The notes: generated by a model from the sequence alone, not told the origin. DNA of 64,000 nt from Camelus ferus (GCF_009834535.1 NC_045696.1:77564001-77628000); one strand, 5' to 3'; shown: positions 39,704 to 52,451, counted from the stretch's first letter. Program-made: numbers and translations.

Positions 39704-39714
39704 AGCTCTTCCTG

Positions 39715-42700
39715 AGATTGTACACTTCTAAGAATTTGTTCATTTCTTCTAGATTGTCCATTTTATTGCTGTAGATTTGCTCCTAGTAGTCTCTTATGAT
39801 CTTTGTATTTCTGTGGTGTTGGTTGTAACTTCTCCTTTTCCTGATTTTATAGATTTGGACCCTCTCCCCTTTTTTCCTGAAGAGTCTGGCTAAAGGTTTA
39901 TCAATTTTGTTTATGTTTTCAAAGAACCAGCTTTTAGTTTCATTGATATTTTCTATTTTTTCTCTATTTCATTTATTTCTGCTCTAATCTTTATGATTTC
40001 TTCTCTTCTACTAATTCTGGGTTTCATCTGCTCTTCTTTCTCTAGTTCCTTTAGGTATAAAATGAGGTTGTTTATTTTATATTCTTCTTGTTTCCTGAGG
40101 TGAGTTCTTGTTGCTATAGTTTTGGAATGTCATGTTTCATTTTCACTTGTCTCTAGTTATTTTTTGATTTCCTTGATTTCTTTAGTGATTCATTGGTGGT
40201 TTAGTAGCACATTGCTTAGCTTTCACCTGTTTGTGTTTTCTTACCTCACAGTTAATTTCTAGTCTCATAATTGTGGTCAGAAAAGATGCTTAATATGATT
40301 TCAATTTTCTTAAATTCATCAAGGCCCATTTTATGGCCTAGTATGGGATCTATCCTGGAGACTAGTTCACATGCAATTCAAAATGTGTATTCTGCAGCTT
40401 TTAGATGAAATTTTCTATATGTGTGTATATATATATGTGTGTGTGTATATCTATATATCTACTGAGTTCATTGTGTCTCATGTGTCATTTAAGATCAGTA
40501 ATTCTTTATTGGTATTCTTTCTGGATGATCTGTTCAATGATTTAAATGGAGCGCTGTCCCCTACTATTACTATATTATTATCAGTTTCTCCCTTTTGTCT
40601 GTTAGTATTTGCTTTATGTATTAGGTGCTCCTATGTTGAGTCCCTATATAGTTAAGAATTGTTATATCTTCTTGGATTGATCTCTTAGGAGGACATTATA
40701 TAACAATCTTTACTTTAAAGTATATTTTGTCTCATGTAAATATTGGTACCACAGCTGTCTTTTGATTGCCGTTTGCATGGAATACCTGTTTCCACCCCCT
40801 CATTTTCAGTCTACTTGTGCCCTTAGAGCTGAAGTGAGTCTCCTATAGGCAGCATATATACAGGTCTTGTTTTTGAATCTATTCAGCCATTCTACAGTTT
40901 GGAGCATTTAGCCCATTTAATTTATGGAAATTATTGATACGTATGTTCTTATAGACATCCTGTCAATTATTTTGAGGTTAGTTTCCTAGGTATTTTTTTA
41001 TTCTCCTCTCGTGATTTGATAACCATCTTTCTGTGTTATGTTTAGATTCCTTTTTCTTTTTTGTATGTGTATCCATTATAGACTTTTGGCTACTATAAAT
41101 TTTAATATAGCAATCTCTATATATGTGTGTGTGTATGTGTGATTCTTTTAACTTTCAAATGCATTTTAACAACTCTGCATTCATACTTTCCTTATGATGA
41201 CTGTTTTTGATATCATATTTTGCATCTAATTGTTTTACATATCCTTTAACTGCTTATATTGTGAATATAGATGATTTTACTACTTTTGTCTTTTAACTTT
41301 CCTACTAGATTTGTGTGTGGATGATTTCCTACATTTACTATATGTTTGCCTATACTGAGGAACATTTTCGTTTTCCTTAGAGAAGTTCCATTAACATTTC
41401 TTGTAAAGCTTTTGATTTCTCCATCAAATCTGAATGAGAACCTTGGTTGTAGGTGTTTCTTTCCCTTTCATCACTTTAAATATATTGTGTTACCCGCTTC
41501 TGGCCTGTGGGGTTTATACTGAAAAGTTAGCTGATAGCCCCTGATTGGAATTTCCTTGTATGCTATTTGTTGCTTTTCCTTTGCTCTTTTTAATACACTC
41601 TTCATCTTTCATATTTATGACTTTAATGACAATATGTCTTGGTATGTTCATTTTTGGATTAATCCTGTGTGAGACTCTCTGCACCTCTTGGACTTTGATG
41701 TTGCCCCTCCATCCCTGGTATGGAGAGTTTTCAGCTGTTATTTCTTCTTCTGGAATTCCTATAGCATGAATATTTATGTGGTTGATGTTCCAAAGGTCTC
41801 TTAAATTGTCCTCATTTCCTTTTAGTCTTTTTTTATTTTTCTGTTTAGCTTCAGTGCTTTTAACCACTCTGTCTTGTAGCTTGCTGATCCATTCCCCTGT
41901 GTCATTTAGTATACTGTTGATTCCTTCTAGTATTTTTTGTTTTTCATTTCAGTTACTGTGTTCTTCATTTCTGTTTGGTTGTCTTTGTATTTTCTGACTT
42001 CTCACTCTCTGCATCCGTTCTTCTCTGGAGTTCTTTGAAACTCTTCTCAGGTAGATTGCCTTGCTTCCTTTAGTTATTCTTCTGGGGTTTTATCTTTTTC
42101 CTTTGTCTAGAACATATCCTTCTCTTGCCTCATTTTGCATAAGTTGCTGTTGTATTTTTATGTATCTGGTAGGTTGGGTACATTTTCCAGCCTTTGGTAG
42201 GAGACATCCTCTGCATCCCAGCAGCACACTTCCTTCTCCTTACCTGGCCTGTATGCTTTACAGGGCTGCTTGGGCCACTGTGTTGGGCTGACTATGTGGG
42301 CAGTTTGGTAGGCTCTATTGGCCCCAGTCCGGTTGGCTGCCAGGCCCTGCCTTATGCAGACAGTGCTGGTTGGTGGGACCAGATTACAAAGTGGCTGACT
42401 ATAGAACCTCAGAGGGCCATGGGACCTATGCTGGCTCATTGTTTGCCAGAGTCGGGGGTCTGGCTGCAGGACTAGGGTTCCCAGAGCTGGCATCAGATTG
42501 CTGGTGAGAGAAGCAGTTCCTGAGACATTTGAATATGGTGTCTAGGGTTTCCCAAAATTTGTATTGAAATCCTAGTGGGCAATGCTGGGGCCCTGCTGGT
42601 CCTGGAACTGGTTCTGCTCTGCTCATGGGCAGGCTGGGTCCACAGTCTTGAGTCTGGTGTCTGCCCTTCAGTGGGTGAAGCTGATCCAGAGGCTAGAGAA

Positions 42701-43382
42701 GGCTCCCTGGAGGGCAGGGGCCTAGGGGATTCTGGGACTAGTGTCTCCTCACTGGTGGGTAGTACTTACAGGCTGTTGGGTGGGGTCACGCCTTGGCACT
42801 AATGAGTTAGAGGGATGATTCCACAATAACGCTGTTAGCACCAGTGTCCATATAGTAGAAGGAGTGCTCCAAAATGGCTCCTGCCAATGTCTGTGTTCCT
42901 GGGGTGAGCTGCAGTTGCCTCGTGACTTTCTAGGAGCAGGTTAGTCTGACCCAGGGCCCTCTCACATTACTGCTTCTGCCCTTGGTCTCTAATCATCTGA
43001 GATTTTTTTTTGTGTGCGTGCCCTTTAAGAGTGAAGTTTCCATTTCTCCCAGCCCTCTGGGAATCCTTGCAAGTATGCTCCACTGGCCTTCAAAGCCAAA
43101 TGCGCTGGAGACTCATGTTCCTGGTGTAGGACCCCCAGGCTTGGGAGCCTTGCATGGAGCTCAGGTCTTAGTCCTTTGCAGTACCTCTGCAATTTAATTA
43201 TTCTCCATTTTGTGGATCACCTACCCAAGATTATGGGACTTGGCTATATTGTGAGTCTGCCCCTCCAACCTGTCTTTATTTGTAGAGGTTCTGATCTTTT
43301 TCACTGACGGTTGCTTTGCAGATATATGTGATTTTTTGGTATGCTCATGAGACGAGGTGAGCTCAGGGCCTTTCTACTCCAG
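39715..43382 (-). mobile_element. Second L1, 5' half only (5' UTR, ORF1, EN/linker; no 3' half)
   Basis: ORF1 peptide RLKGNEDNLRDLWNIN..INPKMNIPRHIVIK (41514-41867); 5' end gaggtgagctcagggcctttctactcc. Confidence 0.88.
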
Positions 43383-43625
43383 TAAGCAGTCCTTTGGAAA
43401 ATTGTGTCAGTAAATGGAGTTGAGGATGTGGGTGCAGAAGAGTTAAAAGAGGAGGATTTCTGATTTAAGGTAAACCTCAGGAGTATGTTTTCAAAGCAGA
43501 AGGTGGAAATCACTGAGGCAGCCAAGACTAAGTATGCAGAATATGAGGTTGAGATGACTTGTGAAACTTGATGGAGCAAGGTTAGGAGGTAAGAGAAGAA
43601 AGGATCAAAAACAGAGGTGGATTTC

Positions 43626-44410
43626 TGGTCAAGATAGCAACAAAGTAGTAGTAGGACCACGAGCTCACCTCTCCTTGTGACTAAACAATCAATGTCAACT
43701 GGAAACATAAAGAGGGACCTACAGGGAGATGGTAGGAAGGGCATGCTTACAATATAATCAGGCCCCATTACCTGCTGGGTGGGCAACCCACAAGCTGAAG
43801 AATAAGTCGTAGAGGCCCTCCCACAGGAGTGAGAGTCGGAAACCCCAGGACACCTGGTTTTGAAAGCCAGTCGGGTTTAACTCCAGGAGCCCCACGCGAC
43901 TGGGGGAAACAGAGGCTTCAATCTCTTGAGAAGTATACATAGAATCTTGCATGTGTCAAGGGCTGAGGCAGTGATTTCGTAGGAAGCTGGGCCAGACCTG
44001 CCTGCTGGTTTTGGAAGTGTTCTAAGGAGGTAGGGGATGGCTGCTGCTCACCTAGAGGACATAAAAGCTGGTGGTGGACATTCCAGGAGTGTTCCATCTA
44101 CATGAGCTTTCCTGGAGGCTAACATCTTGATTAAATAATTAGCACCAAGACCTAGCCCCATCCAACAGCCTCTAACCTTAAGGGCTGGGAAGCCTTAGGA
44201 CCAACAACATACTGGGTGGGAACACAGCCCTACCCATTGGCAGACTTCCTGAGCCACCAATGCCTCTAGACAGGCCCTACCCACCAGAGGTCCAGGAAAC
44301 CTGCATAAGACTCTAATTCAGCCTCATCTACCAGGGGCAGAGACCAGAAATAAGAAAACAATCCCAAATCACGTGGAAGGAAGCCACAAACTCAGGCCAG
44401 ACTGTACACT
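43626..44410 (+). mobile_element. Isolated L1 5' UTR
   Basis: tcaagatagc..gtaggaccacgagctcacctc..gggtgggcaacccacaagctg, the reverse complement of the other 5' UTRs in the window. Confidence 0.8.
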
Positions 44411-45790
44411 GGGCCATGTGGTGGTTCTGTTTTGGGGCTTTTGAAAAACCTCCATATTGTTTTCCATAGTGGCTACACCAATTCCCACCAACAGTGTACA
44501 AAGGTTCCCTGTTCTCCACATCCTTGCAAACATTTCAACATTTGTTATTTGTGTTCTTTTTGATTTGCATTTCCCTAATAAATGTTATATTAGTTTCTGG
44601 TGTACATCATGGATGGCCTTGGTGGGCATTATGGTAAGTGAAGTAAGTCAGACAAAGACAAATACTATAAGATATCACTTACATGTGGAATCTAAAAAAA
44701 TACAACAAACTAGTGAATATAACAGAAATGAGAGAGACTGACAGGGAGGGGTAAGACAGAGGTGGAGAATTCAGAGGTACAAACTATCAGGTATAAAATA
44801 AGCTACAAGGATGTACTGTACAACAGGGGACTACAGCCAATATTTTATAAAAAAAACTATAAATGGAGTATAACCTTTAAAATTATGAATCACTATATTG
44901 TATATTTGTAACATACAATATTGTACATCAACTATACTCCAGTTTTGAAAAATATGGAACAGAATAGAGAGCCCAGAAATAAACCCACAAACTTTTGGTC
45001 AATTAATCTTTGACAAAGGAGGCAAGAACATACTTCAGCATGTGGTGTTGGGAAAACTGGACAGCTGCATGTAAGTCAATGAAGTTAGAACACTTCCTCC
45101 CACTATATGCAAAATATGCAGAAGTAAACTCAAAATGTCTTAAAGACTTAAGCAAAAGGCGAGACACTATAAACCTCTTACAAGAAAACATTGCCCTACG
45201 AGAACATTGCTGAGATTTATGTCAGATAATCTACCCAAGCAATAGAAATAAAAGCAAAAACAAACACATGGGACCTAATTAAACTTAGAAGCTTTTGCAT
45301 AGCAAAGGAAACCATAAGCAAAATAAAAAGACAACCTACAGGAATAGGAGAAAATGTTTACAAAAGATGAGGGCTTAATTCCCAGAATATATAAATGGCC
45401 AATAGGCACATGAAAAAATGCTCAGTATCACTAATTATCAGAGAAATGCAAATCAAAACTACAATGAGGTATCACCTCACACCAGTCAGAATGGCCATCA
45501 TTCAGAAGTCCACAAATGATAAATGCTGGAGAGGCTGTGGAGAAAAGGGAACCCTCCTACACTGTTGGTGGGAATGCAGTTTTGTGCACCTGTTATGGAA
45601 AACAGTATGGATATTCCTCAAAAGACAAAAAACAGACTTAACATATGATCCGCCAGACCCACTCTTGGGCATATATCCAGAGGGAACCTTAATTGAAAGA
45701 GATACATGCACCCCCCCCCCTTAGTCATAAGAAAGAATAAAATAATGCCATTTGCAGCAACGTGGATGGACCTGGAGAATGTCATATAAG
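44411..45790 (+). mobile_element. Patchwork of L1 3' fragments (inverted piece 44411-44608, 3' end 44609-44950, young ORF2 piece 44952-45790)
   Basis: Cys-rich ORF2 peptide [31 protein letters not shown]; several deletions and strand flips. Confidence 0.85.
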
Positions 45791-46139
45791 CCATTCTCTC
45801 TTATTAAGCATCACAGATGAGTAAATTTACATTCAACTAAAATATTTTGAGATTTTTCTGAGTTTTGTTTTGCTTAATATCTCATATGCTCCTGTGGTCC
45901 CTAATATTTAGTCTTCTTAGTTCTAAATTTTCATCCACCATCACATGCACCAGCAACAGCATCACCAAAATGGTTGATTGGAGAGAGAAATGATTAAAAC
46001 TCAGAAGTTGTATTAAACCACCTTGCTCTGAATCAGTTTGAGTCAATTGTATATTTCAACTATGAGAAAAGCTGCAGGGTCATTGGGAACATCTAGCATA
46101 CCATTGTTAAGTAGGACTCTAAGGCACTTATGTACTTTT

Positions 46140-46335
46140 TCATTTAGCTACCTTTAACTAAAGAAAAAAAAACAAGTAAAAGTTAGGTAAATAATAAAAT
46201 TAATGTGATATTTTTCACTTCATTTTTTTCCCAGAAAGTCTTAAAATCTATTGTATACTTTAATATCTCAATTTGGACTAACTACATTTCAAGTTATAAG
46301 TATGGTAGCCACCAGCAACCTGTGGCTAAATAGGT
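46140..46335 (+). mobile_element. MER3-like hAT element
   Basis: atctcaatttggactaactacatttcaagt..tagccacc..tgtggcta. Confidence 0.65.
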
Positions 46336-46484
46336 TCAGATCACATTGTTTTTCTTTCCCTATGAACAAAACCAATGATTTAAACTTATTTCTGCTTTAC
46401 TGTGGTGTTAGGCTGTGTATTGATATTTGATAAGAGAGTAGGAAGAAGCCATACATTTAAGAAATGATTATTTAAAAAGACTCC

Positions 46485-47995
46485 TGATCATACTACCCAA
46501 GGTAATCTACAGATTCAATGCAATTTATATCAGTTACCAATGGCTGGAGGAATTATGCTTCCTGGCTTCAGACTACTATGGAATTATTCTCTTTTATGAC
46601 TGAGTAATATTCCACTAAATGTATATATTTACCACATCTTCTTCCAGATCAATGGAACAGCATAAAAACTCAGAAATAAACCCACACACTTACCAGTCAA
46701 TTAACCTATGACAAAGAGGCAAGAATATATGGTGGAGAAAAGACAGTCTCTTTGATAAGTACTGCTGGGAAAACTGGACAGTTACATATAAAAGAATGAA
46801 TACAGAAAAAAATTCAAAATGGATTAAAGACCTAAATGTAAAGACAAGATACTATAAAACTCCTAGACAAAAAACATAGGCAGAACACTCTTTGACACAA
46901 ATCACAGCAATATTTTTTTTGGATTCATCTTCTAGAGTAATAGAAACAAAAGCAAAAATACACAAATGGGACCTAATTAAGCTTAAAAGCTTTTGCAACA
47001 AAGGAAACCATCAGCAAAACGACAACCTACAAAATGGGAAAAGACAACATTTGCAAACAGTGAGACCAACAAGGGATTAATTTCCATAAATATATAAACA
47101 ACCTAATCCAAAAAATGGGTAGAATACCTAAACAGACATTTCTCCAAAGAAAACACACAGATGGCCAACAGGCACATGAAAAGATGCTCAACATCACTGA
47201 AATGCAAATCAGAATTAATTACAATTAGATATCACCTCACATAGATCAGAATGGCCATCATTAAAAAAATCCACAAACAATATATACTGGAGAGGATGTG
47301 GAGAAAAGGGAACTCTCCTACATACATTGTTGTTAGGGATATAAATTGGTGCAGCTACTACGGAGAACAGTATGGAGATTCCTCGAAAGACTAAAAATAG
47401 ACTTACCTTACAATCCAGCAATCCCACTCCTGGGCAAATATCCAGAGGGAACCTTAATTCAAAAAGATACATGCACCCCAATGTTCATAGCAGCACTTTA
47501 CAATAGCTAAGACATGGAAGGAACCTACATGTCTATTGACAAATGACTGGATAAAGAAGATGGAGATTATATATATATACACACACAATGGACTATTACT
47601 CAGCTGCAAAAAGAATGAAATAATGCCATTTGTAGCAGCATGCATGGACCTGGAGATTATTACACTAAGTGAAGTAAGTCAAAGACAAGTATCTTATATT
47701 TGGAATCTAAAAGAGTGATAGAAAGGCATTTATTTACAAACTAGACTCACAGACGTAGAAAATTTATGGTTACCACAGGGGAAAAGGGGGGAGGGATACG
47801 TTAGGGATTTGGGATTAACAGACACACATTATCATATATAAAATAGATGAACAAGGACCTACTGTACAGCACAGGGAACCATATTCAGTATCTTGTAATA
47901 ACCTATAATGGGAAAGAATCTGAAAGAGTGTGTGTGTATAACTGGTTCACTTTACACCTGAAACATTGTTAATCAAATATATTCATTTTCTTAAA
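46485..47995 (+). mobile_element. 5'-truncated L1
   Basis: ORF2 peptides KWDLIKLKSFC and KKNEIMPFVAACMDLEII; cetartiodactyl-type 3' UTR. Confidence 0.9.
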
Positions 47996-49514
47996 AGCTT
48001 ATGTTTTACTGAAGTATAAGTAAGTAATTAGCTGACATCTGAAATAACTTTACTTACATGAATGTTAAAGAATTTGAGGCTAGAAAAGATGTGGCCTATA
48101 TACAGATGCTGTTTTTGACATAGAAGACTGGTAAAAGCTAGCTTATCCTAACTTTCATTGTTGAGCATTTTAATAGCTAAAAGAAAAAAACCCCAACAAA
48201 TAAACATCTTACAATCTTGTTGAAAGAACCTGAAGATGTCCTCCCACAGCTGAGGCCTTGCATCACATAATTCAAGAAAGAGCAAGGATAAATGAGCACA
48301 TTATCAAACCCTGAAATAATGGCATATGTTAGAAATGTTGACAGATCTTTAATTGTAGCAGCACAAAGTGTGCTGCTCTATATACCATACATCACTGATA
48401 AACAGGAATTTAGGATGCAGTTTTCTGCCTTGACCTTCAAGCTCCAACTGTGTTTTGACCATCAAGAGTCTGTAAATAATATAATTTACAATCTCTGGAA
48501 AGAGACTATATGGACACAGTAAACCACAAATGTTCCACAGAGGAGACAGATATATAGTTGGCCTCAACAGCCTCAAATTCAGTCAACCTTCCTGACCAAA
48601 TTCACTGATGTTAAACACATCACTTTTCCATCAGTGTCAAATGGCTACTGCTTATCCTCAGGTCTCTTATTTATGATCCTATAATATGGGCTCATTTTAG
48701 GGAACTTTAGATACTGGCCTTGAAAGTCTGTAAATTTAAATGTCAAAGGTTTTTCAGCAAACTTCTTTCTGATTATTGTTGCTACAGGATGAGTATCTCT
48801 GGCCTACATGGAAAGTAAAAATTGTACCCTCCTATTCTAGAAAGGGAAAACTGAGACAGGGATGTTTGTTTATATAGAGTAATACCCCTACTTACTCTGA
48901 GGTCATGCTTCCAGAACACCGCATTCAAGCTAAAATAAACTAAAACAGCATCAGGGCAGGCAGATGACTTTCACAAAGCCCAACAGACTGTCTATGGAGG
49001 GTGGTGGAATAATTCTGAGTAACTGAGGCAGTCACCAGAAGATTGTGGCAGCTAGAGACAATAACATCGATTAGAAGTAACCAATAAAAACCAGAGGCAT
49101 AAAAAAGAGAAATACCAAAACACTGAACGTTTCCACCAGCAGATCATCTATAGTACTTTAGTCATAGGGACACATGCCTGTAACGGCTTTGTAACATTAC
49201 AAGAGAATGCATAACTTTGAGGACTTTCAATTGCAGTGGAATGCTAGATATTAAGTAGATTTTGAGAAACATAAACTGATATGTTTTAGAAAGCTTTCTA
49301 TTCTCATCTCTTACAGATCAATGTCTCCACTAATTTGTGAGACCATATGGAAGTACCTCCCTCATGATGCCTGCCTGGATCCTACCCAGCTTAAGAAAAC
49401 AAAACCAAACCTCTCACTCCTCCCAAGCACTGTAATTCTATTTGTTTACTACTTTTAGCCTTATTTGACAGGGTTTTTTGGAAGGTTATTTCGTATCTGT
49501 TTTAGATTATAAGG

Positions 49515-50600
49515 ACAGAGGAAACACTAACCTACCACAGAGGTTATAACAGCAGGAAGGGATGCTATCCCTAGGGCTGGGCAATGGAAAGGGTGGAACT
49601 ATTAAATCTTAGAAAACTGAGACCTTGGAACAGGGATTACTTCTTGGCTATTATTAATACTTCTGAGCTCAGAAATGGGACCCTGTGAAACTGCGACCCA
49701 GACCTCTTGAGGAAGGGATTCTAGACAGCTGGTGTCTCTCATGAGGTTGGTTCAGCTAATGTTGAAAAAAGTGTAGTTTGGTGGAGCCATTATGGAAAAC
49801 AGTATGGAGATTCCTCAAAAGACTGAAAATAGACTTACCTTACAATCCAGCAATCCCACTCCTGGGCATTTATCCAGAGGGAACCTTAATTCAAAAAGAT
49901 ACATGCACCCCAACGTTCATTGCAACCCTATTTACAATAGCCAAGACATGGAAACAACCTAAGTGTCCATCAACAGGTGACTGGATAAAGAGGTTGTAGT
50001 ATATTTATACAATGGAATACCACTCAGCCACAAAAAAAAGAATAAGATAATGCCATTTGCAGCAACATGGATGGATCTAGAGATCATCATTCTAAGTGAA
50101 GTAAGCCAGAAAGAGAAAGAAAAATACCCTGTGATATCACTTATATGTGGAATCTAAAAAAAAAAAAAAAAAAAAAAACAAGACAAGATTTTACTATAGA
50201 TGAACAAGTTTCTACAGTATAGCACAGGGAACTATATTCAATATCTTGTAGTAACTGCTAATGAAAAAGAGTATGAAAAGCAGTACATGTATGACTGAAC
50301 TATTATGCTGTATACTAGAAATAGACACAACATTGTAAACTGGACCATACTTCAATAAAAACATTTTTAAAATTAAAAACGAATTAACTCCTGCTACCAA
50401 GTGAACTACCTCGGTGAAGAAGGATTGCTAAAGGGGCAATAAAGGAAAAAGCAAGCAAAAACAGTGACAAAATGCAAACAGGAAGCAGCCTCTCTTCCTC
50501 CTTCAGTGCCTCCCATGATGGAATCTTATGGGAAGTGAGCTGCTTATGACCAAGCAGAAATGTGGTTGGTAGTGTCCCACCCTCAGGTTGATTGAAAGAC
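49515..50600. mobile_element. Ancient LTR-like element split by an L1
   Basis: GC-richer purine-biased sequence on both sides of the L1; aagcagaaatgtggttggtagtgtccca resembles old ERVL LTRs. Family uncertain. Confidence 0.4.
49771..50375 (+). mobile_element. Young 5'-truncated L1 with a deletion in the 3' UTR
   Basis: Peptide [30 protein letters not shown]; internal A-run; terminal atacttcaataaaaa. Confidence 0.92.
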
Positions 50601-50677
50601 TAAACGTTCAATAATGGCACATCTGTGAAAATGAGGTTACTGTCTAATCCACACTCACCTCCCTTACATTGTTTGGT

Positions 50678-51085
50678 ATAGTAGGCTGAAGAGTGACCCC
50701 AAAGGGATGTCCCCACTCCAATCCCTGGGACCTGTAAATGTTAACTGTCTTTGCAGACGTGGTTAAGAATCTTGACAGAAAGGTCATCCTGTTTTATCTG
50801 GATGGGCCCTAAGTTCATTCACGAGAATCCTTATAAAAAAAGAGGTGGAGGGAAGTACTTAAATGAGAGAAGAAGGAAAGTGAGGTGGAGATTGCCATGA
50901 TACAGCCACGAACAAGGGGATGCAGGCATCTACTGGGAAAGGCACACAGAAGGGACTCTCCCCTGGAGCCTCCGAGGAGAGAGAGTGGTCCTGCTGACAC
51001 TTTGATCTCAGACCTTTGAGAGAACAGACTTCTGTTTTAAGCCAAGTTTTTGGTAATTTGTTATCACAGCCACAGGAAACTAGTA
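50678..51085 (+). mobile_element. MLT1C/D MaLR solo LTR
   Basis: aatccctgggacctgtaaatgtta..ttaagccaagtttttggtaatttgttatcacagccacaggaaactag. Confidence 0.85.
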
Positions 51086-51105
51086 AACTTAGCTTATGCC
51101 TTATA

Positions 51106-51275
51106 TGGTTGGCCCTCCATATCTGTGGGTTCTGCATCCATGAACTCAACCAACCATGGATTATACTATTATATGTGAATATACATGCATTTTACATAAG
51201 AGACTTGAGCATTCATGAATTTTGCTATCCATGGGGTCCTGGAACCAATCCCCTGTGGATATGGAGGGATGACTA
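51106..51275 (+). mobile_element. Tigger3/MER2-like non-autonomous DNA transposon (internally deleted)
   Basis: TIRs ..ccctccatatc / gatatggaggg.. flanked by TA dinucleotides. Confidence 0.85.
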
Positions 51276-52289
51276 TATATGAAACACTTAGTAAAATTTA
51301 TGAAATAAGTGAATTAAATGGTAATCATAAAACTTTTGATTTAATTAGAGGAAGTATCATTTATTTATAAATTTTACTAATTTTTACCAATAAGCTGAGG
51401 TAATTGAAATTTGACTAAACCTACTCTAAATTGTTAATCCCTTAAAAGGTTGAAGAACTCTGACTTTATAGATTATCAAACCTTTCTACAAAGCAAACAT
51501 TTTCTGAAATAAAATTAATAGTATTTATCAACCTCCACAAATTAATAATTAAAAATATAGTAAAACATTTTTTTAGATTAATTTTCAATGTCCAGTTATT
51601 CTCTATTTAGAAAGGAAAAATTGGCAGTATAAATCAGCTTTGAGAAAGTGTCTACTAATTTTTTCAGAACTATCTAGTTAATTTCATAGTTAATAGTTGA
51701 GAAAAGGAGAAAATTGGGAACAAATATAATTTGCCATATATTCTATATAAAATATACATATTTGCATATATTAATTTTTGATGCATGTTATTTTCTTTCT
51801 TCCTAAACTTTTGTATCTGACAAGGCTAAATTTTATTGACTTTGAATTGACATTATATAAAATTAGTTGAGCTAGCATATCTTCCGAACTCCCTGGTGGA
51901 GCATATGTAAGCTTTGATTAGAAAATAAGACCTACTATGATTAGCAATAAGAAAATTGGAGACACTTTAATTGGCACATTTGAAGGCTGTTCCTTCCAAA
52001 AATATTTGGCCACGCTTCCTCCCATTTCACATTATTGTATAAAGAGCAGATTACTATTTGCACATAATTATTTCTGGATAGGAAAGAGAAGACAAGGTGA
52101 ATTTTTAGTCTACGTTAGGATTAGCCAAATATAACCAGGCTGATACAAACAGAATTTCTTCTCAGTACTGTTTAGCCATTTAAAGAGCTTTGCCAAAAGT
52201 ATTCTTACCTTGTATGTCATATTATTTTAGCTGAAATCAGCACAACTTCTATTAGAAAACAGCAAAACTCATTTGCTCCACATCATAAC

Positions 52290-52438
52290 TGTTAAAAATC
52301 CATTGCTCATGAGAGAAACCTGTAATTCTTGATTTCTCCCCTTTTCTTCACACTCCCATCTAATCTATCAACAAGTTTTATAGATTCTACCTCCAAATGT
52401 TACAAATTTTTTTTCTTCTCTCCATTCATACTTCTATC
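52290..52438 (+). mobile_element. L2 fragment (appears to resume near 54700-54950)
   Basis: tcttgatttctcccc..atctaatctatcaacaagtt..gattctacctccaaat. Confidence 0.65.
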
Positions 52439-52451
52439 AATATATCTCTAT

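Noticed and set aside
34045..43382. Possibly active full-length L1
   Set aside because: ORF1 and ORF2 are broken by many stops and frameshifts, and part of the RT is deleted.
52200..52240. Strong minus-strand donor (AAG|GTAAGAAT) as a candidate penultimate NAALADL2 exon
   Set aside because: Upstream sequence does not encode the expected ..APPGFY peptide; this is an isolated motif.
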